Origin: Lepidodermella squamata
Taxonomy: Eukaryota > Animalia > Gastrotricha
Length of the DNA stretch: 64,000 nt
Assembly: GCA_047495785.1 (NCBI GenBank)
Contig: JBLDXI010000024.1
Span: 2,976,001-3,040,000 of the forward strand
Direction: 5' to 3'
This document shows positions 35,717 to 49,489 of the stretch, piece after piece (the first letter of the stretch is position 1; each line of letters starts with the position of its first letter). The translations under genes and the position numbers were made by a program. Below the pieces are notes generated by a model. It was not told the DNA's origin and did no database searches. It saw only the letters and a list, made by a program, of their open reading frames with translations.

Positions 35717-38700
35717 TTATTTATTTATTTATTTATTTAAGTGGGTCCCCTACAGAGCAGCAGGCTTCAAAGCAGGATAAACTCAAAAAGCGGTGTAAAC
35801 GCCACGCAACAATAAATCGAATTAATTACGATAAAATTCGGCGTAGTTTTCTGAATATGAACTCATCATAACTTTAGTAGTCCGGCTTATGAATTTTGAA
35901 AAAATTTCGAAAAACGACTTTTTCGACCAAAGTGAGGTCTGAGTCACATTACGGAGTTTTGATGACTTATGTTCCTCAATTTTTGGTGTGAAAAGCTAGA
36001 ATAGCTGACCATCATGTTAGTCCATTGGTTGAAAATCAGAGGCTAAGCCTGAGCGCCTGCTGAGAGGACTGTTTAGTGCGTTTTCCCTGCTTTGAAGCCT
36101 GCTGCTCTGTGGGGGACCCATTTAAGTGCATTAATCCCAAAGTTGAGAGCACGATAACAAAAAGTTTCAAGTGGTATAAAAGTGGCAGAAAATTCGAGTC
36201 ATGTTTCAATCCGTTTCAAAGTTTCATAATAAAAAAACAGAAAATTGTAAACAAGTTGTCGGCAAGAGTGAGCATTGTAACAGATTTTGAAGCCGCAATC
36301 GCATCGTGGGGGAAGGCTAGTATAGGAAGTAATATCAACTGGGCGATGATGAGGACAATGAAAGTGGAGTGGTAAATTGTTAAACAAGAGAGGCCCTGCG
36401 TAACTAAGAGAGGCCTGGCCGTAGTCAAGTCTCATAGTAGGAATTTTGAAGCTGAGACGTGAAGAACGAGTAGAAGATGGAGGATTAGGAACAAAAATAG
36501 ATTTTATAACATCGGGTGCATCACCAGCAAGACATCTGTACATTAAGTTGGCAATGTGCACGTTTCGCTTGCCCTGAAGGTCAAGCCATTTGAGCTCGTC
36601 GCGTAGAGGAGAAGGGTCGGCACAATCCGGCGCATTCATGACAATTCTGACAGCCTTATCCTGCAAAGATTGTAGTTTTTGAAGAGAAGTCGGACAGGCT
36701 TCATTTATAATAATATCGCAGTACTGTAAGTGCGAAAAAATCAAGCAATTTGCCATTGATGATTTCAGGCAGTCCCTATTCAAGCCATTCTTTGCCGCTA
36801 ATTGAAGCGCATAAATACCTTTTCGAGCCTTAGAGCAAGCTTTCTCGATGTGTTCCTTGTAGAGCAGTTTTTCGTCTAAAGTGAAGCCTAATAAACAAAT
36901 CGAATCTGTCTGTTCAATTGAGACCCCGCCTATAGTAATATTAATTTTGCCAATTGATTTCAGTGTAACGATCATTAGCTGGGATTTTTTGCCGTTAACT
37001 TTGAGACAGTTAGAACCTAGCCATAGTACGAGATTGTCAAGGTCTTTTTGAAGAACGCTTTCAATTTCAGTCACATTTTTAGCCGAGAAATAAATGGTGG
37101 TGTCGTCTGCATATTGAATAACAGTAGACTTGAGTGATGTCAGAGGCAGTTCATTAACGTAGATCGTAAATAATAAAGGGCCCAAGACGGAACCCTGAGG
37201 TACTCCGAATTCTAAGCTTGCAGTCTGAGATAATTGTCCATTAATTTTGGTAATTTGCTTGCGATCCGTAAGATAACTAGTTAAAATCTCGATTGCCGCT
37301 TCATCAAAACCCGCACTGCGCAAGGAGGACAAAATACCGGTCATGCTGAGAGTATCAAAGGCCTTGCTCATGTCAATGCTGACTACAACCGTCGTGAAGC
37401 CCTTATCAATAGCACATCGCCAATCATTTGTCATTTTCGCAAGACAAGTCTCGGTTGAGTGATTTTTCCTAAAACCGAACTGAGAGGGTGAAATGAACTG
37501 AATCTTACGTAGATAATCCTTAATTTGAAATGAAAGACAACGTTCGAATGTGCGAAAAACAGGAGATAAAATGGATATCGGCCGATAATTTCCTACGATG
37601 TCTTTAGAGCCATCTTTGTACAAGGGCGTAACAGTCGCCTTTTTCCATATTTCCGGAATTTTCCTTTCTTCAATGACCTTGTTGAAAATTAAAGCTAGAT
37701 GAGGAGCGAGAAAGTCAGACGCTATTTTCAGTACGCATTCGGGAATACCATCCGATGCTGTTGTAGGCTTACGAGGCGATAACTTGCTAAGGCATTCTTT
37801 GACGATGGCAACTGAAATATTGCCAAAATGAAAGTGATGATCGGTTGAATAATTCCTATCGATATTTTGAGGAGTATCGATGGACTCAGCGGTTTTTCTA
37901 CCAAGATTTGCGAAGTAGTTGTTAAAATCGTTTGCTTTCGTCGTCGACTCTTCTGAATTGAAGTGAGAGAAATTTGAGCCCTTATTTTTCTTCTGTCGAA
38001 AATTTTCTATAACTCGCCACATTTTACCGGGATTTCTACCGGCATCAGCTACTTGCCGGCAATATCTAGCTCTTCTTATTTTACGACGATGGCGTTGATC
38101 AGACCGTAACTTTTCTCGAGATGACAGTAATTTATCGATGTCGCGTTCTCGGGGTTCGCAAGTTGGCGTCTTCTTCTTAGAATTGCCTTTTCGATCTGGC
38201 ACTGTTTCCGATATGGCTTCCTGAATCGCACTATTAACCTCTGCTAATAATTCTTTAGCGTTCTTTTGTGATGCGAATGGGTAATTCACGCGTTTTCTAA
38301 GCGCATCTATGAACCTGTATTTGTTCATTTTGCTAAAGTCTTTCCCAGTGATGTTGGGCATCGAATAGGTGGCAACTTTGTCTGCCCGTGTGATTCCTCG
38401 ATTACGTGATTCCTCGATGATCGCTAATACCCTCTGTAGCCCCAGTTAAAGCGACCTTCTCTGGCGGATACGAGGTGCAAAAATAATCCAACATGGTTTC
38501 AGATTCAGGACGCGTGATAGTCTTCCTAAAGGATAAGTCTAGTCCATGAGCGCGAATCAAATCCAGAAAATTGCTCTCGTTCACCGAATTCATGAGATCA
38601 ATATTGAAATCTCCACCGATGACATAGTTTTGCGCGTTAGGAAATCTCGCTTTTAATTTTGTAAGAAAATCATGCATCAAAAAGTAGTCTTCATCCGGGG

Positions 38701-39700
38701 GTATAGGGTCGAATTTAGGGCGGTATAGGCATGTCACGGCAATTGTAATGCCTTTTTCGTCCCTGGCTAAACATGTGATGTTTTCTAGATATCCGCACGG
38801 AATACTGGCTTTGTCAATAACCTTTAGCGACTTGTTTACAAGTACGGCCACCCCACCTCCGACATTGCTATTAGAACTGCCCGGCTTAAGGGGTCGAAGG
38901 CTCCAAGAGCATTCGTGAGCGGGAAAATTCGATTCAATATCTTGCGCTACTGAGCTAGTTCGACCTTTTTCGGGTTGGCTTATATCAGGTAAATTGACTT
39001 CAGAGAATAGTAGAAAATCAGGTCTAATGACGTCAAGAAATGTGAACATATAGCAACAATTTTGCTTCTCAAACCACGCAAATTAAAATGTTGGAACGAA
39101 TAGTACGAGTCATTAGATCGAATGAGCCTGGTGATGTCGGAAAAGGGCACAATATTATCATCGGGACCAGGGTTAAGACTAACATCACCACATCGCATAA
39201 GAAGTAACAAAAATAAGAACACGTTTTTACGTGTGCTGTTCGATTTTGATTTCGGGTCGAGCGGGGCTGCTGTGAAAAAGATCAGCAAGTCTTGGCCATT
39301 TGGTTCCGCTGTCCGTGGTACTACGATCAGTGGGTGTGGCATTGCAGGTCCGAGGTCAGCCGATGTCGACGTTGTGAAAAACTCGGCTATCCGGCTTTAA
39401 GCTTGAAAGAGGCACGTGCCGTTTCATCATGTGTTGACACGAATGGCAGCGTAATCGCTTTTGAATTTGAAAAATTTTCAAATTTTGTTGACCTCATTTC
39501 GTGGACAACCATGTCTATCGACCAGTTTCGCATCAAGATCGTCGATACCAGAACCAGCCAGAGGGGGCTGAACGCAGCCACGGATCACCGATCAACAGCG
39601 ACCCAGTCGCCATGGTGAAAATAATTAATAAACACAAACAGCGCAAGTGCTATGAGCAAAATGCCTGCCGTCCCCTATCTCAGAAAATTTAATATTCAAT
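35717..39700 (-). mobile_element. CR1/L2-like LINE (2A-like peptide, APE, RT), frameshifted, with (TAAA)n tail
   Basis: APE: HFNLRGL, LFSE, LYRP, GGDFNID, SDH. RT: YRPISIL, QFGFRK, DMSKAFD, GVPQGSVLGP, YADD. Frame breaks near 39050 and 38400. TAAA repeats at 35717-35740. 5' end approximate. Confidence 0.9.
35741..36121. mobile_element. MITE with TTAA TSD (Kolobok/piggyBac-type target) inserted in the LINE 3' end
   Basis: TTAA|GTGGGTCCCCTACAGAGCAGCAGGCTTCAAAGCAGG ... CCTGCTTTGAAGCCTGCTGCTCTGTGGGGGACCCAT|TTAA. Confidence 0.88.
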
Positions 39701-40454
39701 CGCAGATATTTCCACATCCACAACCTCCACAACATCCACAAACAATGGCTTACATCCACCACCTTTAATCGCTTAGCAGTTTAAGGCGACGCAAGTAGGA
39801 CAGCTTTTTCCCTCCTCCAGCGCGCCACCTGCTTCGGACGAGGCATGGCGTGGCTATTATTCGAGGGGGGCTATTATTTATTTTTAAATGCTCAAAATAG
39901 CCGAAAATTTCGGGCTATTATTCAAGGGGGCTTTTATTCGAGGGAGGCTATTAATCCATGAAATACGGTATTTACAAAATCCTGTAGCGTGAAACTACAA
40001 CCTCAGGGTGTCTAAAAGGCATATCTCCGCGCTGTGAAATCGCATAAATTCGGGGAAAACGGATAAATTACCAGTGTCTCGTAGGCTTGGTGATGAGCTA
40101 GGAGCCGTTTTTTGGGACTGTCACCAAACTGCACTAAAGTGTCATCAAAATCTATTTTGCACGAAATATCACCTATGACCCAACTAAATGCATTTCTAGA
40201 TAGATCTCATCACGCTGATGAACTTGTTCTTTGAGAGCGACTTCCTAGCTACCACCGTTCTTGAGATAATCGTCCAGGTGTGACAACAGGTAAGGTCACG
40301 TGACATTTTTACACTGGAATATCTCAATAACGGTAGACGATAAAAATATGCGGTTTTCAGATTCTTAATCCTCGAATTTTTCTCTATCGGAAAAACACGT
40401 GTCATTAGCCAAAGAAAAATAAACATATTTTCAGAAAACATTCTGAGCTTTAAT

Positions 40455-41422
40455 GGGCGCTTCTCGAAACCAACCAAATCGTAACCAAGAGACGTCACTC
40501 CATTATTTTCAATAGGCGCAGACAGAGATCCGAGATAGAACACTCTTTTCGTCTGGTCAATCAGGGCCGTTCTAGGGCAGCCGGGTAAAACCGGGTCGGG
40601 AAAATTCATAGGATCTGTGAAGAGAGATGGCGAAGTTATGATGACATACCTGCTTCCTTTGAAGCCGAAATTCCAAGCTTTACATAGAAACTGGACGAAA
40701 GCAGTTATTTGCACATCAATAGAGAGGATCCTGATATCAGCAGCAATAATGGCTTTAACAGTCTCGTCAGTTACCTCATTTTCTGCATCAAAGCTGGCTA
40801 TCGTTAGGTTGGCAGCTGTTGCGATATCGAAAAACTTCCTCGATACTTGAAAATCGAAGGGGTTAGATGGATTTGTGTATATGCCTATCTTGCTCCAACC
40901 TCCAATTCTCAGAATGAAAGTAAGACGGGGATAGATGATTGTTTCTTGGGGTAAGCGAGTTCGCCACAAATTTGGCCAACTCAACGGATTTGCTGACGAA
41001 GAAGGAGACAAGCAGCCTATAGTCAGCATGGCCATGTTTAGATGTTTGAGAAATGTCCCTCCAGCAGCTAGGCAGCCTTCAGTATACCACCCTCCTGAAA
41101 CAATCGGAGATTGATAGTAAGGCTGGTCATCTTCGAATCTTTGGCTGTACAGCTGTAGGCCTTTCGCTGTGTTGGCCGCATTTTCGCCTTCGTCTTCAAC
41201 AAAAAGCTCAACCTTATAACCGGAAATCAGATCAGGACGTCGATTCACTTCGTCTACCACGAGTTGTTGGGTGGCTGGACAAATTTTTCCGTCAAATAGA
41301 CCTCCTCCAGTTTTCATGGCGAATGTCATTACCAAGAGGCGCTTTTTCTTCTCTAGGTTTGCACCTGAATGCAAATCAAGAAGCCAACATAGGAGAAATA
41401 AAGACGTAAAATTCATTTTCAT
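40455..41422 (-). pseudogene. Truncated class C GPCR (signal peptide and N-terminal Venus-flytrap domain only)
   Basis: VNRRPDLISGY, SPIVSG, WPNLWR, TSLGYDL match the paralogs. Similarity stops after YDLVGFEK and no 7TM follows. Confidence 0.8.
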
Positions 41423-42077
41423 GGCTGTGAAAGGCAGAAACACTGGCTCTTGCAAGGGGTACAATTTTATTGTCGCTCCTACCCCGCTTATTTTTCAGGA
41501 AAAATGATAGCGCTGACAAGCCGGTCCGGATGTTAAACACTTAAGGTGTCTAATGAATTCGTTTTTTCATCTATTCAAAAGTCCGCTAATGCTTCAATAA
41601 TGAAAATCAATCTGTTGAAGTAAGAAATGCTGAAAGTCAGTGTTCGCCTCTGCGATTTGAGGCGCAATCCAGCTCATTTCCAGCTTTACATAAACATTTA
41701 AAGTATCAAAATGGGCCAGAATACATTCGTGGAATAATAGCTCATATTTTCTTTACATCGCACTCTACATGGTTAAAAATGGAGGATTTTTGTTCGAGTC
41801 AAAGCTGTTTACTAATTCGATAAAGCCATCAGTTTTTCTAACGAAGATCACCAGGTAATCAATGAATCAAAAAGATTTATAATCGCTAATGAATTCCAAA
41901 ATATTTGATTAGTCGGCTCAGCTTTATATCCAAAGGCTATTCGAGGGCTGCTATTAGCATCGCTGAAGAATGTTTCAGAGATAATTAGTGACTACTGCCA
42001 CCACGCGTTATCCACGCGAGCCAATCGATATTAAGAAGTTAAATTTTTTTAAATATTCTGTTTATTTTATACGAGCC

Positions 42078-43650
42078 ATGAATTTGATAACTTCATTGAG
42101 CGTCGCCTTCTTTGGTTTGTCTTTTGTCTGAAATGCTGGCGCAATAGCTAAAAGCTAAATGTTGCATTTCCCATTCAGCGATCGTGTTTTGCGAGGCCGG
42201 AATTCCAACTGCTAGACGACGACCGAAGTCCAGCAAATGGCGCCGCATCGTCATCGATAATTCGAATGTCAACTGGAATTTGAACAGACTTGAAGGTAGC
42301 CCGTTCTATCTCTACTATGCGTTAGAAGACACCGTGGAGGTGATGCCTTCCTACTTACCATGGTGGATCTATTATCACCAAAAATCAACAAGTACAGCAA
42401 CAAGTACTGCAACTTCGACAACAACGACGCCGATAACAACGACGCCGTTAACAACGACGCCGACTACAACGACGCCGACTACAACGACAATTGAAGTTTC
42501 GGTAAACAAATTTTATTTTGTATCTCGAAAAGCTTTTAACCGCCAGAAAAATATATGGATATGCTTGCGAAAAATTACAGAAAATATAATTGCTAGGACA
42601 TTAAGGCATTAATAGCAAATCAGCTAAATTGTTCTATAGCCTGAAGACTGATTTCCAAATCCAAATGTTTGGCTGCCACAAAATATTTAGCAATAGTTCG
42701 AGCGCAATATTGCAGACAAATTAATTTTCTATTTGACCAATTTGCAAGCCAAGGTAAACAAACGCAATGTGAGTTTTCAAAAAAATTCAGCATTATTAAT
42801 CAGATTACAAAAACTGGATGCAGGTAAACCATAAGATTCTTAAGATTATGCTCAAAGATTTGTTTTAGTATGAGAAGGCAAAATAAAAATCCTAGCTTCA
42901 TAAGCATAGAATCGAATGAATAATGTAAGAGACCGATTTACAAAGTACTGAGTAACAGCCTGTATCTGGAAGGAATAAGGAATGCTCAGACCCGTATATT
43001 AACAGACCAAAGGACTCTCCGGATTTTCTTGTCTGGGCCTCTGTTCCACCCTGTACTCTCTTCTCTGGAATAGCCATTTTCAAAATTGGCGTGAAAACAT
43101 ATTATCCCACTGCACGGCGATATTATAATTGAATTCGAGTTCGCAAAAACATACATTATATAAACTGTTAACGATATTTTAACAGGTAATCTTTCGGTGC
43201 CTTGGGCCAGGAGGTGTAGTTACCTGCCGACCGACAGCTTGCCAGAATAACGAAATGCCATACCCAGCAACACCTTACACCAGCATGCCTGCATGCGAGA
43301 ATGCTGAGAAAGAGAAAATTATCATCGTTGACACAGCAAATTTTGTAACTCATGCAGAAGCTGAAGCAATGTGTACGATGTATGGGGCCACACTGCTAGC
43401 AACAATCAAGACATCGAAGGATCTCGAGAATTATTCGCCGTATGTATATAATTATAATAGTTGGATCGGTTTGTCCCTGGTTTCCGGGCAATGGACGTGG
43501 TCGGATGGCGCGCCGTATGCCAACTTTCCGCCCTGGGCCCCGGGCAGACCTGTTGATGGCAATAGCTGCGCTTGGCTGCACCAGTCTGAACTCGTAGACA
43601 CTGATTGCAACTCATCGGCGCCTGGTATCCTCTGTGAAACCTATCTTTGA
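42078..43650 (+). CDS. C-type lectin with Thr stalk (copy 2)
   Basis: Paralogous exons; CTLD in ORF 43255..43650. Confidence 0.85.
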
Positions 43651-44133
43651 TAAAATATCACTTCTCTTCATCAAGTTTTCGATCAATTTCCTGTTAAATA
43701 AAATGTATGATCTTCATACTTTATTACTATGATTTTCTAAAGGTCTGTTTCGGAAAGAATGAATCAATAGAATAGTATAACCACTCATAAGTTCAATTTC
43801 CTTTGCGCACGCCTATTGGTCAATTGGAACAGAGAACAAATGGAGGATTTTAATTCGAGTCCCAGCTGTTTACCAATTCGATAAAGCCATCGGTTTTTCT
43901 AAAGAAGATCAATCAGGTAGCCAATGAAACAAAAAGATCTTTTATCGCTTATCAATTCCAAAATTCGATTAGTTGGCTCAGCTGAAATGCTTTATAATCA
44001 ACGGCTATTCTAGGGCTCTCATTAGCATCTCTGAAAAATGTTTCAGAGATAATTAGTGACGACTGCTATCCACGCGATCCAATCGATATTAGGAAGATAT
44101 ATGTTTGAAATATTCATTTGAAATATACGAACC

Positions 44134-45516
44134 ATGAATTTGATAACTTCATTGAGCATCGCCATCTTTGGTTTGTCCTTTGTCTTGATTTGCGAGGCGG
44201 GAGTTCCAACTGCTAGACGACGACCGAAGTCGAGCAGATGGCGCCGCATCGCCATCGACGATAATTCGAATTTGAACAGGGTTGAAGGCAGCCCATTCTA
44301 TCTCTACTATGAGTTTGAAAAAGACTCCGTCGAGGAGGCGCCTGCCTACTTACCATGGTGGATCTATCATCACCAAAAATCTCCAAGTACTACAAGTACA
44401 GCAACGACGACACCGACAACAACGACAACTGCAGCTCCGGTAAGCTATTTTGATTTTGTATCGGCAAAGACTTTTAACCACAAAATATGTCGATAGGTGG
44501 AGGAAAAATTACGGAAATTTAATCCCTAGGACGACACATTAAGGCATTATTAGCAAATCTGTTAAATTATAAAATCTTATTATAAAATTTAAAGCATAAA
44601 ATCGAATGAATAATGTAAGAGACCGCTGTACAAAGTAACAGCCTGAAGCTGGAAGGAATTCTCAGACCCGTATATCAACAGACCAAAGGGCTCCCGGTTT
44701 TTCTTGTCTGTGCCTCTGTTCCATACTTTACTCTGTTATCTGCACTAGCAATTTTCAGAATTGGCGTGAAAACACATCGTTAGCAACGTTAAATAACTCG
44801 GATTTAGGCTTGTTTACATCCGTTTCCAAGCGAAAGGCGACAAGTAACAAGTCTTTTGTTTTGACTCATCATTCACGTTTCAAACGCCGCTTTTTATTTG
44901 TCAACCGTCGCCTTGAAACGGATGTAAACAAGCCTAAATCCGAGTTATTCAACGTCGCTAACGATATTATCCAACTGCCTTGGCAATGCAATTAAATTCG
45001 AGTTCGCAAAAACAGACATTTTATAAACTTTTAACGATATTTTAACAGGTAGTCTTTCGGTGCCTTGGGCCAAGAGGTGTAGTTACCTGCCGACCGAAAA
45101 CTTGCCGGAAATACGAAAGGCCATACCCAGCAACACCTTCCCCCAGCATGTCTGCATGCGAGAATGCTATCAAAGGGATAAATGTCAGAATTAACACAGT
45201 ACCCCCAGTGACTCATGCTGAAGCTGAGGCAACGTGTACGGCCACAGGCGGACTGCTGGCAACGATCAAGTCATCAGAGGAACTCGCCTTTATTTCTCCG
45301 GATCTTGGCTCTAATTATGGTTGGATCGGTTTGTCGCTGGTTTCCGGACAATGGACGTGGTCGGATGGCGCGCCGTATGCCAACGTTCCGCCCTGGGCTG
45401 CGGGCAGACCCGTTGGTGGCCATAGCTGCGTTTTTCTTTACCAGTCTGAACTCGTAGACACTGATTGTAGCTCGTCAGCGAGTGCTTTTCTGTGTGAAAA
45501 CTATGTCAATCAGTAA
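44134..45516 (+). CDS. C-type lectin with Thr stalk (copy 3)
   Basis: Fused signal and stalk exon from 44134; CTLD in ORF 45148..45516. Confidence 0.85.
44776..44965. mobile_element. MITE in the intron of lectin copy 3
   Basis: About 55-bp inverted ends (ATCGTTAGCAACGTTAAATAACTCGGATTTAGGCTTGTTTACATCCG). Absent at the paralogous site near 43095. Confidence 0.8.
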
Positions 45517-45720
45517 AAGTTTGCTTCTCTCTTTATCAAGTTTTCGATAATTCCCTGTTGAATAAACTTTATGATCGACATGCCTTATGATTATTTAATA
45601 GTGAATAAATTGTGTTAAGCTATACATCTGAGTCTAAATAACTTATAAAACCTAACGTAAAAGTCAGTCTATATGCATCTGACTCTAAATTATTAAAGTC
45701 ATTTATGTCTGATAACTTCC

Positions 45721-47029
45721 AACTGCTAGACGACGACCGAAGTCGAGCAGATGGCGCCGGATCGCCATCGAAGATAATTCGAATTTGAACAGGGTTGAAG
45801 GTAGCCCGATCTATCTCTACTATGGGTTTGAAAAGGACACCGTCGAGGAGGCGCCTCTCTTCTTACCATGGTGGATCTATCATCACCAAAAAAAAACTTC
45901 GACAACAACGACAACGACAACTGAAGCTTCGGTAAGCAATTTTGATTTTGTATCGGCAAAGACTTTTAACCGTCGCAAAATATGTCGATAGGTAGAGGAA
46001 AAATTACAGAAATGTAATCGCTAGGACACATTAAGGCATTATTAGCAATCGGTTAAAAAGTCGTGAATTGAAGGGGTTGTGGGGGTATCGGCCAGACCGG
46101 ACAAGAAAATGAAATTTTAGCCCGCTTTTTCGTCCAATTTGAGAGGTTTTGCAGCGTTTTTGTTGCAAAATCTTCACAATTTCCTTGCTTCGCTCGTTAT
46201 CTGTTTGAAATTACTAATCGTTTTGGCAAATACAGTATAACAAATTTTCCATTCCTGGCAGCTCCAGGATCCAAGATCGCACCCTGCTCTGTTCCATTCT
46301 GTACTCTGTTATCTGTGATAGCTCGAACATTTTCATTTTCAAAATTGGCGTGAGGAACAAATTTTCCCTCTGTCATGGCAATATCAATGAATTCTGCTTC
46401 GCAAAAACATACATTATACTGTTACTGTTAACGATATATTAATAGGTAGTCTTTCGATGCCTTGGGCCAGGAGGTATAGTTATCTGCCGACCGACACAGT
46501 GCGCGAAGTAGGATGCTCGAGTTGGGGGTACTTTCAGGCATTTTCTGGCCCGAAATTTCAGACCAAAGGGTCCCCCCTGTGGTCTGAAATTGTGTGGTCC
46601 CTGTGGTCACTGACAGCTTGCCAGAATAACGAAATGCCATACCCAGCAACACCTTATACCAGCATGCCTGCTTGCGAGACTGCTGAGAAAAAGAGAGTTA
46701 TCATCGTTGACTCAGAAAATTATATAACTCTCGCAGAAGCTAAAGCAATGTGTACGCTGTATGGGGCCACACTGCTAGCAACAATCAAGACATCGAAGGA
46801 ACTCGAGAATTATTCGCCGTATCTTGGCTCTTATTATGGTTGGATCGGTTTGTCGCTGGTTGCCGGACAATGGACGCGGTCGGATGGCGCGCCGTATGCC
46901 AACTTTCCGGCCCGGGCCACGGGCAGACCCGCTAGTGGCAAGGCCTGCGCTTGGCTGTATAGGTCTGAACTCGTAGACACTGATTGTAACTCTTCGGCGA
47001 ATGGTGTCCTCTGTGAAACCTATCAATGA
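45721..47029 (+). pseudogene. C-type lectin copy 4, 5'-truncated and frameshifted
   Basis: Lacks the signal exon. A 116-bp insert at 46497-46612 (CAGTG...CACTG, flanked by ACA) shifts the CTLD exon frame. Confidence 0.8.
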
Positions 47030-47339
47030 TAAAATTTAACTTCTCTCATCAAGTTTTCGAATAATTTCCTGTTAAATAAAATTTATGATCTTCAAACTGT
47101 ATTATTATGTATTACTGTATTATTATGTATTACTATGATTTTCTGAAGGTTTGTTTCGAGACGAATGAATCAACAGCATGGTAGAACCACTCAACAGTCC
47201 AATTTCGATGCGCACGCCTTGGTCAATCGATTGTTGCTATGACTCTGGGATGGAACATTCAGTCGTACGATCTATAGGATTTTTTGCAACATTTATTTTA
47301 TGCCGCCGAAATCACCATCAACCCATTCAGGCGGAAATA

Positions 47340-49147
47340 ATAGCACTCGCACCGTACTGCTGGCTGCTGGCACGGTCAACTACGGCGCTGATGCGTTGCC
47401 GGTACCGCCGGTCATCTACGGCCCCGTAGCGGTTCCGTAACTTCTTGAAAATTCCCCCTGACTTCAAATTCATGAAATCTACATGAAAAAAAGAAACAAA
47501 ATATCATAACACCTATCAGGGACTCGGATAAGCCAATAAGCTTAACATGAGCCGGTGATAAAAGGTCACGTTAACAGTAATGAAAAGTCAGGTAACTGCT
47601 TCAGATAACAGTCTCGCGGTTGAAAACGTTTGAAAGTAAGTAAAACCGTGGAACCATGTACTCAATAACTACCTGGAGGCCAGCAGTAACAAGGCGAAGC
47701 AGAGAATGATGCATTTGCTACGGTTCATACTGACCAATGGGCCCTTGAAGTAATTACACTTGTGATGTCGAGCGGCAATTGGCTGATTTCAGACTAGAAA
47801 ATGATAGGCCGATTTCACGGGTTCCTGAAACTAAAATCCCCATCGCGGGTAGCGAAAGGGTTTCCTGGGATCCCAGCTGCTAGTTGCATACCCTGGAACC
47901 CGCCCGCCATTCACCTCCTGGTTACCCTGGGTTCCCAAAGTTCCCCATAACATAGCGTTCCGGCTGACTTCAAAGATTAGTTTCCAGCCTGATTTCACTG
48001 GTTCCGGAGACTCCCATTCCTCTCGCAGGTTGTCAACATCTTTATGTTGTATAACACTTCTTTGTAAACAGATCGCTGCAATCAGTATTGAGCGCACCTA
48101 TCACTAGGGATTCAACCGATATACATTCAGCCTATTTCATATTTCATTCAGTTGGCTACATGCTGATTTTTGAAAGTTTTTATCCTAACTGTGTTTTTCA
48201 GTTTTCGACTTGTTTTAAGGTATCCTACCACCTATCGACGGAGTATTGGAAAATTCTTGAGAATCCCATTACGGTTTTGATGTTTTAATAAATGTTTTGA
48301 GCTGGCCGTAGCAGCCAAAGTGCTAAAATCGCTGACATTGTCCGGAAGCAGGAAGAGGAGGAGAAGCCTAGTGTGCTAACTGATGCCGAGCTACGTGATC
48401 AATCACTGGAATTCGCGCGCAAACACGCTAACAAGCAGGAAATCACATGCTCGCACTGCAAGGCCGCTTTCTGCCAGTTCTGTTTGTTCGTGCGCAATGA
48501 GAAAATGAAGCAGCGATTGAAGCCACTTCAAGCTGTATTGCTAAGCACCTATTCCAGCACGGCTAGCTTGGAAGTTTGAAAGAAAGTTGCTCGAAACTTT
48601 GACCTCCAGGTTGCTGGAGTTCACGGGATCGCATCTGCAGCTGTAAAAATGATAAGGTGCGAGGTCGATGAAATTCTGGGCGATAAGCTTGGTCAAATAA
48701 TGCGGGAAGCTCAGCTCATGGTAGATGAAAAAACAATTAAAACGCAACGGGAGGCTGTTGAGCTTTCAAAAGGTTTGACCAGCCGCGATGCAAGCAGATT
48801 GAATCGGCGAATCGATGTTGTCCTTTCAAACTCGGTTCTCGGCACCAACAGCGATAACCTTTCCGAGCTGCTGATGGAGGCTGAGAAAGCTTGCCAAACG
48901 GTAAACCATCGAAGATTACGTAATCTCTCTGAATATGTTTGGTCTAGCTCGATACTGCGCCTGGTTTAGACATCGAATTTACACCGATATCGGAAGAATT
49001 CAATAGTGTTCTGGATCGTTTGCGTCGGGATTTGACTCTGGGTTTGCTGTCAGGCGCAACTATGTACTTAGCACTGTAGTAGCGCTGAAATAGCAGTCGC
49101 CGTAGCGCTACCGTAGCGGCCCCGTAGTTGTGCCATTTGAGTGCTAT
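47340..49147. mobile_element. Probable non-autonomous DNA transposon with degraded internal ORFs
   Basis: Inverted ends ATAGCACTC / GAGTGCTAT and subterminal CTACGG/CCGTAG repeats. Interrupts spacer sequence that is contiguous in the paralogous lectin unit (about 43805-43860). Confidence 0.55.
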
Positions 49148-49489
49148 ATTTTCGTATACTGGCCGATGGACAATTTTGTCCTTCTCGCCAGCGAACAGAA
49201 AACAAAAAGGAGGATATTAATTCGAGTCACAGCTGTTTACTAATTCGATAAAGCCATCAGTAGTTTTCCTGAAGAAGATCAATCAGGTAACCATTGAAAC
49301 AAAACGATCTTTAATCGCTTATAAATTCCAAAATTCGATTAATTAGCCCAGCTTTATAACCAACGGCTATTCGAGGGCTCTTATTATCTGAAAAATGTTT
49401 CAGAGATAATTAGTGACTACTGTTATCCACGCGATCCAATCGATATCCAATCGAAGTGAAATTTATGAAATATTCTGTTTATACGAACC

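Larger units (their letters stand above)
35347..39968. mobile_element. Tc2/pogo-like non-autonomous element (TA TSD) containing nested insertions
   Basis: TA|CCGTATTTCAT ... ATGAAATACGG|TA, with TTATTCRAGGGG subterminal repeats at both ends. Confidence 0.75.

Noticed and set aside
46495-46612. CACAGTG RSS/Transib heptamer at the start of the small insert
   Set aside because: The other end is CACTGAC, not CACTGTG, and there is no 5-bp TSD. It is better explained as CAGTG...CACTG with an ACA duplication.
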